Positions 8,513 through 16,710 of a stretch of 30,773 nt of DNA are shown piece by piece. The notes beneath the pieces were generated by a model. That model was not told where the DNA came from and searched no databases. It saw only the letters and a program-made list of their open reading frames with translations. The stretch lies in NCBI GenBank assembly GCA_037444485.1, contig JBBIMI010000010.1, forward strand, positions 1 to 30,773. The letters are read 5' to 3'. The translations under genes and the position numbers were made by a program. The stretch comes from Candidatus Micrarchaeota archaeon. GTDB lineage: Archaea; Micrarchaeota; Micrarchaeia; Norongarragalinales; Norongarragalinaceae. Position 1 is the first letter of the stretch, and each line of letters opens with the position of its first letter.

Positions 8513-10414
8513 TTAAAACCGTTTTTCTTCCCGCCGCTTTAAAAACGCGTTGAAACCGATTGCCGCAAGAGTTATTAAAATTAATCCTGCTGCAAGCAAA
8601 GCGTAAGAATCTTCGCTTGAAGTTGATGCTGCAAGCAAGCCAGTGTGCGCGCCCAACGCGTTTGACGCGCCCGCTTCTTCGACTAACGCGCTTGGTTCCG
8701 GAATCAAGCGCGGCGCTGAAAACGCGTTCAACTCGCTTGGCTGCAATTCTCGAGAAACTAAGAGTTTTACTACAAAAAACTGGTTTTCGCGTAACGCGAT
8801 GCGCCATCTCGCGACAACGCTTTCTCCGCCGAACGCTTGCAGCGAGTCAGGCGCCGGAGTTATTGAAACGCTTCCCGTCGTCAACTCTGCAAGCGAAAAA
8901 GGCAAAACGAATTCGATTTCGCCTGAAAAAGCGTTTCGCGTGAAGAACTCGAGTAACACTTCAGTAGAGCCCCTTGTCACGAGCGCTCTCGCGCGCGTGT
9001 TGAAATCAATTTGTTTGAAGAACTCGCTTGAAGAAAGCGAGGGTGTTGGCGGAATCAATGTAGGCACCGGCGTTGCGCTCTGCGACGGCGTTGGAGTTAC
9101 TGCGCTTGAAACCAGCGTTACTACTATAGAACCGCAAGGAAAGCCGTTCACGAAAGCGCTTGCAGTAAAGTAGTAAGGGTAAATTGTTTGCTGCGTGAAA
9201 GCACAAGAAACGGAGCAAGAACCGCTTGCGGCAGTTCCACACTGGATTTGCGTGGACTGCCCGTTACCACAATTCACTACTGCGCTAGCCGGAGTTTGCA
9301 TGTTGAAATAATTGATTGCCACGTTCGAATAACCGCTCGTCGTAATCAAAATCGGGCTCGCGGTTACAGTGCATGATGGAGTTGCTGCCGGAGACGGGCT
9401 CGGCGAGGGACTTGGTGAAGGCGAAGTCGACGGAGACGGGCTCGGCGAGGGACTTGGTGAAGGAGTCGAGTAAACAGGCACGCAAACTCCTGAGTTCGAC
9501 GCGGGGTTGTTCTGCATCGCGATTGCGGCCCAACCAGTGTCTAAAGCGTTTGACGCACTCGCATTCGAGCGAATCACGTCCGCAAAACCCCCGTCTTGTT
9601 TTTGAAGCGTCTTCAAGAAATTCGCTGCAGCACTCGCGAAATCATTTTCCTCAAACGCTTTGAATGCAAGCACGCTTAACGCGCTTGCGAAAGCATGGTT
9701 TTCGAAACACGTTGACGCCTTCGCCTTCAAGAAATTCAACGCGAGCGCGGTGTTCGCATTGTTCTCGCTTGATTCGCGCAACGCAAGCAAAACAAGCGCG
9801 GTAAGCGAAATAGGTTCTGGGCCGAGAGAGTACAACGAATTGTTTGCGGTCGTGTTCGTGAGGTTGAAACTCCCGTCAGCGTTTTGAAGCGAGTAAAGAA
9901 ATTGAATTGCAGCAGTCTTGTTCGCAGGTGGAATCGCGCCCGGGTTTGCGAGCGCTCGCAACGCCCACGCGGTGTCGACACTGCTTTCAATAGAGTGCCC
10001 CGCATTCACGTCGTAATACCCCTTGAAACCGCCGCTCGGTTGCTGGAATTCAAGCAAACGCTGCGAAACGTTAGGCAAGTCTATTTGATTCAAGTGGCTC
10101 GACGCGAAAAAAACGTATAACGCCGCGCTTGGAATGTCTGCCTCCCCCCAATCTCCCCAATACCAGTAACCAGCATTTTCAAGCCCGGCTTCAAGAAACG
10201 CGAGCGCGCTCGAAACATTGCTTGAGTCGCCTTCACGCAACCAAATCGCGTGCGCTGCAGCGGCAGTTGCGTGCTCCATGAACGCGCCTACGCTGCCGTT
10301 CTCGTCTTGATGCGCTTTAAGCCAATCAATTGCGGCGCTAACATTATCAGCGGACGCGAGGCCAACTAAAGAAAGCAGTAGAAAGACAGACAAAGCAAGA
10401 ACACTTGAATTCAA
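8513..10414 (-). CDS. Membrane-anchored surface protein: signal peptide, prenyltransferase/squalene-oxidase (alpha/alpha toroid) repeats, PS linker, Cys-rich domain, C-terminal TM
   Basis: Repeats WLKAHQDENGS, LLEFQQPSGGF, FLYSLQNADGSF, FLKTLQKQDGGF; (PS)n linker; hydrophobic C-terminus plus KRR. TTG start with AGGTGA SD. Confidence 0.85.
   Translation of the reverse strand: MNSSVLALSVFLLLSLVGLASADNVSAAIDWLKAHQDENGSVGAFMEHATAAAAHAIWLREGDSSNVSSALAFLEAGLENAGYWYWGDWGEADIPSAALYVFFASSHLNQIDLPNVSQRLLEFQQPSGGFKGYYDVNAGHSIESSVDTAWALRALANPGAIPPANKTAAIQFLYSLQNADGSFNLTNTTANNSLYSLGPEPISLTALVLLALRESSENNANTALALNFLKAKASTCFENHAFASALSVLAFKAFEENDFASAAANFLKTLQKQDGGFADVIRSNASASNALDTGWAAIAMQNNPASNSGVCVPVYSTPSPSPSPSPSPSTSPSPSPSPSPSPAATPSCTVTASPILITTSGYSNVAINYFNMQTPASAVVNCGNGQSTQIQCGTAASGSCSVSCAFTQQTIYPYYFTASAFVNGFPCGSIVVTLVSSAVTPTPSQSATPVPTLIPPTPSLSSSEFFKQIDFNTRARALVTRGSTEVLLEFFTRNAFSGEIEFVLPFSLAELTTGSVSITPAPDSLQAFGGESVVARWRIALRENQFFVVKLLVSRELQPSELNAFSAPRLIPEPSALVEEAGASNALGAHTGLLAASTSSEDSYALLAAGLILITLAAIGFNAFLKRREEKRF
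9389..9463. repeat. Perfect 33-nt direct repeat, 42-nt period, encoding the PS linker
   Basis: cggagacgggctcggcgagggacttggtgaagg at 9389-9421 and 9431-9463. Confidence 0.95.
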
Positions 10415-10466
10415 ATCGAGTTCACCTAAATTCGAATAGAATCGAATTCACCCAAATTCGAATAGA
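10415..10466. repeat. 26-nt tandem duplication containing the SD of the downstream gene
   Basis: atcgagttcacctaaattcgaataga / atcgaattcacccaaattcgaataga, two mismatches. Confidence 0.9.
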
Positions 10467-10490
10467 AATTCGAATCGGGTTCATCCGCGT

Positions 10491-13310
10491 TCAACCACCC
10501 TTACACAACCCCCAACCGCATTCACTGCACAAAACGCATCCTTCCTTGAAAGCCAACGCGCCACCGCAGTCTGGACACGTTTTCAAGCCGGAAGCAATCA
10601 ACTCTGATTTCGTGGAAATGCTTGACAAGCTTGACGGCGAAGCGAACCGCATGCCCTCGCCCGCCTCCGCATCCGGATTCGCGTTTACAGTAGTAGCGTT
10701 TAAGGAAGTTTGTTGAGCGAGAACAGGAATCATGCGTTCTACAACCCGTGGTTCTACTGCCAGCGTTTCACGTTGCTCGCTCTGTTCAACGCCGTCCTTT
10801 GCGCCTTCGGTTTCCCCGCGTGCTGGGACGCGTCCGTGCTCTTTTTCTTGTTTTCCTGTTTCCTTTTCTTTCTTCTTGCTTGCTGGCGTGACGAGCACTT
10901 GGTTTTTTATTGAAGAATCACGGTATACTGTCACTCCCTTGCAGCCGAGCTTGTAAGCGAGAAGATAACTTTTCCTCATGTCTTCAACGCTAGCGTCAGC
11001 CGGAAAATTGTTTGTCTTCGAAATGCTTGAATCAACCCACTTTTGGAATGCCGCAAGAACGCGAATGTGGTCTTCAGGCGTAATGTCATGCGCGGTCACG
11101 AACACTTTCTTCAACGCTTGCGGGATGTAACGCACGTTTTGAATGCTTCCATGCTTGTCGCTTATTTCCTTCAGCAAGTGATTGTCGTACAACTCGTGCT
11201 CGGTAAGCACTTTCTCGAAAACAGGGTCTATGTAATAGAAGGTTCCGACCTTCACGTTTTTTTCAAACACTAAGCTGTACACGGGCTCAATCCCGCTGCT
11301 GCACCCGGCAATCATCGAGATACTGCCAGTCGGCGCAATCACGGTAGTAAAACCGTTGCGAATCCCATGCTTCTTCACGCCTTCCACTACAGCATTCCAA
11401 TCAAGTCGCCACGCTTTACGATCGTAAAAACTAGAGAAAGGCATTTTTCCCTGCGGGTAAAAGCTTTTTTCAAACAACGGAAGCGGCCCGCGTTCGCGCG
11501 CGAGTTCTATTGACGCGAGTTTCGAGTGAAAGTTCACGAACTCCATCAATTGCTCCATGAACGCGCGTCCCTCTTCACTGTTGTAAGGAATTTGCAGTTC
11601 GTAAAGCAAGTCTCCAACGCCCATCACTCCCAAGCCAATCTTGCGCGTTGCTAGAGTCATTTTTTCTATTTCAGGCAAAGGATAGTTGTTAATGTCGATA
11701 ACATTGTCAAGAAAACGCGTTGCGAGCGCGACTGTCTTCTTTAAACCTTCCCAGTCGAAAAACGACTCGCCTTCCTCGTTCTCGCAAACGAAGGCCCAAA
11801 CATTAATGCTTCCAAGGTTACAGGACTCGTTTGGATACAACAAGACTTCACTGCACGGGTTCGTGCACTCGATTGGCCCGAGCGCTTCAAGGAACGGGTT
11901 GAACTCGTTAATGCGGTCGAAGAAAAGCACGCCCGGCTCCGCGCTTTCCCAAGCTTGGTAAACAATCAAGTCGAACAACTCGCGCGCGTTAATCGAACGC
12001 ACGATTTGCCCGTTGCGCGGGTTGACGAGCGGGTAAGGCTTGTTGTTCTCGAAACAATCCCAAAACCCTGGCAACAACATGACTGAAATGTTGAAGTTCA
12101 ACAACGCTTTGTTGCCTTTCTTCGCGACGATGAACTTTTCGATGTCTGGATGATTCGAATTCAGTATACCCATGTTCGCGCCCCTGCGCACACCTCCTTG
12201 CTTGATGACTTCAGTCATCTTGTCGTACAATTCTATGAACGTAATCGGGCCGCTTGCCACGCCTGAAGTGCTGCGCACCACGTCGCCTTCCGGCCGCAAG
12301 CGCGAAAAATTGTATCCAACTCCTCCGCCTGACTGGAAAATCTTAGCCGCGTTCGCCAAGGTCCGCATTATGCTTTCGATGCTGTCGTCAACGCTGAGAA
12401 CGAAGCACGCTGAACCCATTCCGAAACGGTTCCCGAAATTAACGAGCGCAGGAGTGTTAGGCAAAAACTTTTTCGAAACCATGAGTTCGTAAAACTCGCG
12501 CACGCGCGCTTCATGCGCGTCGAATTCTTTATCTTCAAGCATTTTCAAGAATTCGCTCCAGGAAACCTTCATTTTCCCTTCACTTGCAAAACGGTCGAAA
12601 GCGCGCTTTAAAGCTCGCAAGTGAAACTCGTTCAACGCGAAAAACCCTATGTTTAACTTCCCCGCGTACTCGCGCGGGTTGAACGCTTCAACAACCCGTT
12701 TTTCCTGCGATGCGCTTGCGTCGAAAACGCGTTCATCGTAAAGCAATTCAGGCAGCGCCGCGTGCACCGCAACGCGCGTGAAAAGCTGTTTCGGCGATTC
12801 AATTAATCGCCCGCGTTCATCCTTCCGCAAGTATCTCGCCTTGAGAACGCGCAACGCATTCAAGTCAAACTGCTTGTCGACCTCGTCAATAACATCTTTT
12901 TCTAAAACTATTTTTTTTTCTTCCCGCAGTTCAGCGCGCTGCCGCCGGTATAAAATGTAAGCCTTCGCTGTTTTCGCGTGCCCTTCCTCAACGAGAACCT
13001 CTTCAACAGCGTCTTGCACGTCTTCAATCCCGGGAATTTTTTCTGAACCGAATTTGTTTTCAAGTTTTTCTACGACTTTCTCGCTCAACTTTCGCGCCAA
13101 ACGCTTTTCCCGCCCGCCTACTGCACGCGCGGCTTTAAAAATGGCTGTCACTATTTTATCTTTGTTGAAGGGAACGAGTCTGCCGTCCCGCTTGCGCACT
13201 TGCTTTATTAAACTCTCGCCTTTCGACTCGCTTTCTTTCAACTCGCTGCCTTTCGACTCGTTCTTTGCTTGCGCTTGCTTTGATTCTGGATTAACGTTAG
13301 ACTCAACCAT
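10491..13310 (-). CDS. nrdJ: Class II (adenosylcobalamin-dependent) ribonucleotide reductase with N-terminal ATP-cone and C-terminal Zn ribbon
   Basis: VRKRDGRLVPF ATP-cone; FLPNTP, SACF, RRGANMG, TNPCSE, ESCNLGSIN, IAPTGSIS; CPDCG...CSECGW. No adjacent nrdB and no intein seen. Confidence 0.92.
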   Translation of the reverse strand: MVESNVNPESKQAQAKNESKGSELKESESKGESLIKQVRKRDGRLVPFNKDKIVTAIFKAARAVGGREKRLARKLSEKVVEKLENKFGSEKIPGIEDVQDAVEEVLVEEGHAKTAKAYILYRRQRAELREEKKIVLEKDVIDEVDKQFDLNALRVLKARYLRKDERGRLIESPKQLFTRVAVHAALPELLYDERVFDASASQEKRVVEAFNPREYAGKLNIGFFALNEFHLRALKRAFDRFASEGKMKVSWSEFLKMLEDKEFDAHEARVREFYELMVSKKFLPNTPALVNFGNRFGMGSACFVLSVDDSIESIMRTLANAAKIFQSGGGVGYNFSRLRPEGDVVRSTSGVASGPITFIELYDKMTEVIKQGGVRRGANMGILNSNHPDIEKFIVAKKGNKALLNFNISVMLLPGFWDCFENNKPYPLVNPRNGQIVRSINARELFDLIVYQAWESAEPGVLFFDRINEFNPFLEALGPIECTNPCSEVLLYPNESCNLGSINVWAFVCENEEGESFFDWEGLKKTVALATRFLDNVIDINNYPLPEIEKMTLATRKIGLGVMGVGDLLYELQIPYNSEEGRAFMEQLMEFVNFHSKLASIELARERGPLPLFEKSFYPQGKMPFSSFYDRKAWRLDWNAVVEGVKKHGIRNGFTTVIAPTGSISMIAGCSSGIEPVYSLVFEKNVKVGTFYYIDPVFEKVLTEHELYDNHLLKEISDKHGSIQNVRYIPQALKKVFVTAHDITPEDHIRVLAAFQKWVDSSISKTNNFPADASVEDMRKSYLLAYKLGCKGVTVYRDSSIKNQVLVTPASKKKEKETGKQEKEHGRVPARGETEGAKDGVEQSEQRETLAVEPRVVERMIPVLAQQTSLNATTVNANPDAEAGEGMRFASPSSLSSISTKSELIASGLKTCPDCGGALAFKEGCVLCSECGWGLCKGG

Positions 13311-13815
13311 TTTCCAGTTTCACCCCCTTTGCATTCAATCCGTTCAGCCCGCTGTCTTCTTTTTCTTCGCGTTTGAGTGCGCGCGCTTCCTCTTCGAAAG
13401 AGGAAACGTCTTCGAAACTACGGTAAACGCTAGCAAAACGCACGTAAGCCACTTTATCGATCGCGCGCAACCGCTCCATCACTAGCTCGCCAACAACGCT
13501 GCTCGGAATTTCTGTCGACGCTTTATTACGCAACTCGCGTTCTATGTCATCTACAACGCGTTCAAGCGCTTCGCGCGCGACAGGCCTTTTTTCGCACGCC
13601 TTCAACAAACCCGTGAGAACTTTGTTGCGGTCGAACTCTTCGCGCCTCCCGTCTTTCTTGATTACGCTTAACTCAATGCTTTCAACGCGTTCGTAAGTCG
13701 TAAAACGCTTGCCGCACGAGTCGCATTCTCGCCGCCTGCGTGTCTTCGCTAAATCCTCGCTTTCCCGCGTTTCAATAACGCTAGTTTCGTTGTGCGCGCA
13801 GTAAGGACACTTCAA
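13303..13815 (-). CDS. nrdR: Transcriptional repressor NrdR
   Basis: KCPYC...RRRRECDSCGKRFTTYER Zn ribbon, VIKKDGRREEFDR ATP-cone, VAYVRFASVY. TTG 13815 after GGGGGT. Overlaps the nrdJ start by 8 nt. Confidence 0.96.
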   Translation of the reverse strand: MKCPYCAHNETSVIETRESEDLAKTRRRRECDSCGKRFTTYERVESIELSVIKKDGRREEFDRNKVLTGLLKACEKRPVAREALERVVDDIERELRNKASTEIPSSVVGELVMERLRAIDKVAYVRFASVYRSFEDVSSFEEEARALKREEKEDSGLNGLNAKGVKLENG

Positions 13816-13877
13816 AGCAAAACCCCCGAAACAAAGCGAAAACAAAAGCAAGGAAAACCCTAACAAAACCCAAAAAC

Positions 13878-13925
13878 GCACTACTCTTAGTGTTTCAAAC
13901 CCGTACCGACTACTACATGCGGGTT
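13878..13925. promoter_or_regulatory. Tandem candidate NrdR boxes
   Basis: gcaCTActctTAGtgt (13878-13893) and ctaCTAcATgcgGgtt (13910-13925) versus bacterial consensus acaCwAtATaTwGtgt. Offset 32 bp. Confidence 0.7.
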
Positions 13926-13938
13926 TATATTTTTTTCG
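13924..13938 (-). promoter_or_regulatory. BRE-TATA promoter of nrdR-nrdJ
   Basis: Minus strand reads CGAAAAAAATATAAA: purine-rich BRE followed by TATA. Confidence 0.65.
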
Positions 13939-14251
13939 GTTTTAAAGCATTGGTTAATAGGTTTTTGTTGGCATTGAGCGAGTTTTCTGGATTTTAAGCT
14001 GCGTTACGCGCGTTACGCGGGTTTTGAAAGATTTTCTCGGCGTTTGCGTTTCGCCTCTCATAAACGATTAAATGACGGCTTGAAGGCAGTTGGTTTATTG
14101 GCGGCCGCCGGCGCCAGCGAGCACGCGCGCCCTTACAACTAACGAAAACCGGCAAACAAGTGAAGCAAGTGAAGCGAAACAATTAGGGTTAAATATTTTA
14201 GTTGTTTTTTGTTTAGTTGTTTTTTGTTTAGTTTTTTGTTCGTGGTGTTCA

Positions 14252-16672
14252 ATGATTTTCTTGCTTAAAGCAACGCGAATGTTGCCCGCGATTTTGTTTG
14301 CCTTTTTTACTGCAGCGTTCCCAGTTCTCGTGTTTGCGCAAGAGCACGAAAGTGTTTTCGTAGTCAACAATTCCGACTGTGGTTATGCAGTACCGAATTA
14401 CGGGAATGGCCTCGGAAACTGTCCGAGCGGGCTTTCAAGCGTTGGCGGCTTGAATGTTTCACCAACACGAAGTTGTGGTTACGAAGTTAATGGCACTGAT
14501 TTCGATTTCACGCGCAGAAACGCTTTAGTCGCGTCTGGCTGGATGGTTTTGTGTTCGACATTCGCGTACAAGCAACCTAACCCGACTGAAACGCCTAACG
14601 ACACCGTGTTAATAATCAACAAGTCTGAAGGCTACCCGCCTGATTACGGGAATGGTCTTGGAAACTGTCCGGTTGGACTCGCGCAAAGAGGTTTTTTCCG
14701 CGTTGAAAACCAAGTCGGCAATTCGCAGTCCGCGAGGGACTACAGGCGCGTAACCAGGCGAAACGCTACGCTTGCGCTTTGCACTCCCCCGCAGTCTAAC
14801 GACGCGTTGCTCGTCTGGTCTAACGACTGCGAGCAAGCTCCCGAAAAAAATTCGAGTGAAGCATGCTTGGGAATAAATAAGGGTGGTTTTCACGTTGGGC
14901 TTGGCGTGGAAGGGTGCAGCAAGAACGAGTATTACGGGGTTTCTGCAAGCGGGAAAGCAATCAAGTCAGGCTGGATGTACTTGTGTTCTAAACCTCAAGC
15001 CATCGCCAAGCCGACGGTAAGCCCTCAACCGCAATTGCTTCAACCCGAGTTTATTCCAACAACTCCCGACGACGGAACCGCATTCAACTTCAACCAACAA
15101 AAATGGTTTTTCGTGAACGTGAGCGCTGGACGCACAGGTTTCCAGGATTACTTTAAGTTTGACGACGTTAATGAAAGCGAAACGTTTAAGGAAAGCATTA
15201 GGGCAATGGCGTTGTTGAGAGTCATGCACGGGTTTCCAAACGGCGTAAACGAATCAATGCGCGCGAATGAAACCTTCAAAAAAGACGGCAACGTTTCTCG
15301 AGCTGATGCAAGCGTTTTCCTAGTGAAAGCATTAAATCTTCAACTTGACGCTAGCGGCGGGCAGCAATTCGCTGATGTTCCGCCAACGCATCCAGCGTAC
15401 GCTGCTGTCCAAACGCTTTACAACAAGCAAGTTGCTGGCGGGTGCGTGGGAAATTTGTTCTGCGAAAACGCTTCGATTACTCGCGCCGCTTTTTCTGCTT
15501 GGATCGCGCACGCGCTCGCGTTGCCTGACATTGCTTTGCCCGCACAACCAACTTATTGTGACGTTAACCCGGCTGACTCGTTTTATTCCGTCATTGAAAA
15601 CATTACACGCCACGGAATTGCTGTCGGTGCTGCTGCTGAATCGTGTCCCGCCAACTGCGCACGCTGTTTTTTGCCTAACAGAAACATTACGCGGGGGGAA
15701 ATGACGAAAATGCTTTTAGCGGGTTCTAGAACGTGTTTGCTTGAAATCAATTCGAGTGGAAGCAGCGATTACACTAACTTGACGATGAGTTTGGGAACTA
15801 ACTATACTTTTTGCCACACTAACTTTACTAGCGTTACGCAACCAACTGCCGGCAAGATAGAGTACCGTTACAGGGTTTGGGTGAACGACGCTCTCGGCTA
15901 CTGGAACGCGAGCGACTGGCGTACAGTGAGTTTTTACGTTCCCTCGTGCCGCGTTGTAGTTGAACCAAGTTATTTAGGGGAAAACGGCGAGAGTGCGGTA
16001 AGAGTGGAATACATTTTGTCAAGCCCGCCGTCTCCACCACCTCAAGTTGATTGCGGGAACGGCCAGACGGTTTACACGCAGTGCCCTACTACTGGAACAG
16101 AGGGAGCGTGCGTTGGAACGAGTAATTGTAGTTACGCGGGCGAACCACAAGATTTTACAGTAACTTCAAGTATTACTGCGGGCGGAAAACAAGTTTCTTG
16201 CACTCCAGCTATAGTGAGTTTACGAAAACTCCCTAAAGTCAGTTTTCTAGATGCGCGTTGCCCCAGCGAACTAGTGACTGCAAACGAGGCCAACGTTTCA
16301 GTAGAGCTAATGCGGGAAGGAACTCGTTCCTGCAATTCAAGCATTGTTCTAGGCGTTAAGATTACTGACTCAAACGGTTTTATTACTGTGGAAGAGTATC
16401 CAAAACAAAATTGGCCGCTGGTTTGCGGTACTGAAACAAGCAACTTAAACGTTTTTACAATAAACACTTCAACTGACGGGCTTTACGAGGTTAACGCCAG
16501 CCTTCAAGAATTCGAGTCCTCGAATTGTCGTTTCCGCGCCTACCACAAGCGGGCGGCCAGCGTTCCAGAACTCGACACACTCACACTCCTCGCAGTCTTT
16601 ACGCTCGCTTTCTTTTTTCTTCGCACTCGCTGTCGGCGCAGCCAGGCGCGCGCCTGCACGCGAAGAAATTAA
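14252..16672 (+). CDS. Surface protein: signal peptide, three Cys-rich repeats, Ig-like domain interrupted by 3 SLH motifs, further Ig-like domains, VPEL-TM-basic C-terminal tail
   Basis: SLH motifs FDDV...VSRADA, FADVPPTHPAY...ITRAAF, YCDV...ITRGEM; YGNGLGNCP repeats; VPELD plus hydrophobic plus Arg-rich tail. ATG 14252 after GTGGTG. Confidence 0.85.
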   Translation: MIFLLKATRMLPAILFAFFTAAFPVLVFAQEHESVFVVNNSDCGYAVPNYGNGLGNCPSGLSSVGGLNVSPTRSCGYEVNGTDFDFTRRNALVASGWMVLCSTFAYKQPNPTETPNDTVLIINKSEGYPPDYGNGLGNCPVGLAQRGFFRVENQVGNSQSARDYRRVTRRNATLALCTPPQSNDALLVWSNDCEQAPEKNSSEACLGINKGGFHVGLGVEGCSKNEYYGVSASGKAIKSGWMYLCSKPQAIAKPTVSPQPQLLQPEFIPTTPDDGTAFNFNQQKWFFVNVSAGRTGFQDYFKFDDVNESETFKESIRAMALLRVMHGFPNGVNESMRANETFKKDGNVSRADASVFLVKALNLQLDASGGQQFADVPPTHPAYAAVQTLYNKQVAGGCVGNLFCENASITRAAFSAWIAHALALPDIALPAQPTYCDVNPADSFYSVIENITRHGIAVGAAAESCPANCARCFLPNRNITRGEMTKMLLAGSRTCLLEINSSGSSDYTNLTMSLGTNYTFCHTNFTSVTQPTAGKIEYRYRVWVNDALGYWNASDWRTVSFYVPSCRVVVEPSYLGENGESAVRVEYILSSPPSPPPQVDCGNGQTVYTQCPTTGTEGACVGTSNCSYAGEPQDFTVTSSITAGGKQVSCTPAIVSLRKLPKVSFLDARCPSELVTANEANVSVELMREGTRSCNSSIVLGVKITDSNGFITVEEYPKQNWPLVCGTETSNLNVFTINTSTDGLYEVNASLQEFESSNCRFRAYHKRAASVPELDTLTLLAVFTLAFFFLRTRCRRSQARACTRRN

Positions 16673-16710
16673 AAACTAGACACCTTATTTTTCTAGGGGT
16701 TGAACGCGGT

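Noticed and set aside
10415..10490. 26-nt repeats as a mini CRISPR array
   Set aside because: Copies are directly adjacent with no spacers, and there are no cas genes.
10491..13310. Intein in nrdJ
   Set aside because: Catalytic motifs are contiguous and no intein or LAGLIDADG motifs are visible. The insert near residues 185-270 lacks splice-junction residues.
13816..13881. Hydrophobic N-terminal extension making NrdR membrane-bound; similar extensions on ORFs 14090, 22221 and 2391
   Set aside because: Artefact of translating T-rich leaders. SD-linked downstream starts give canonical N-termini.
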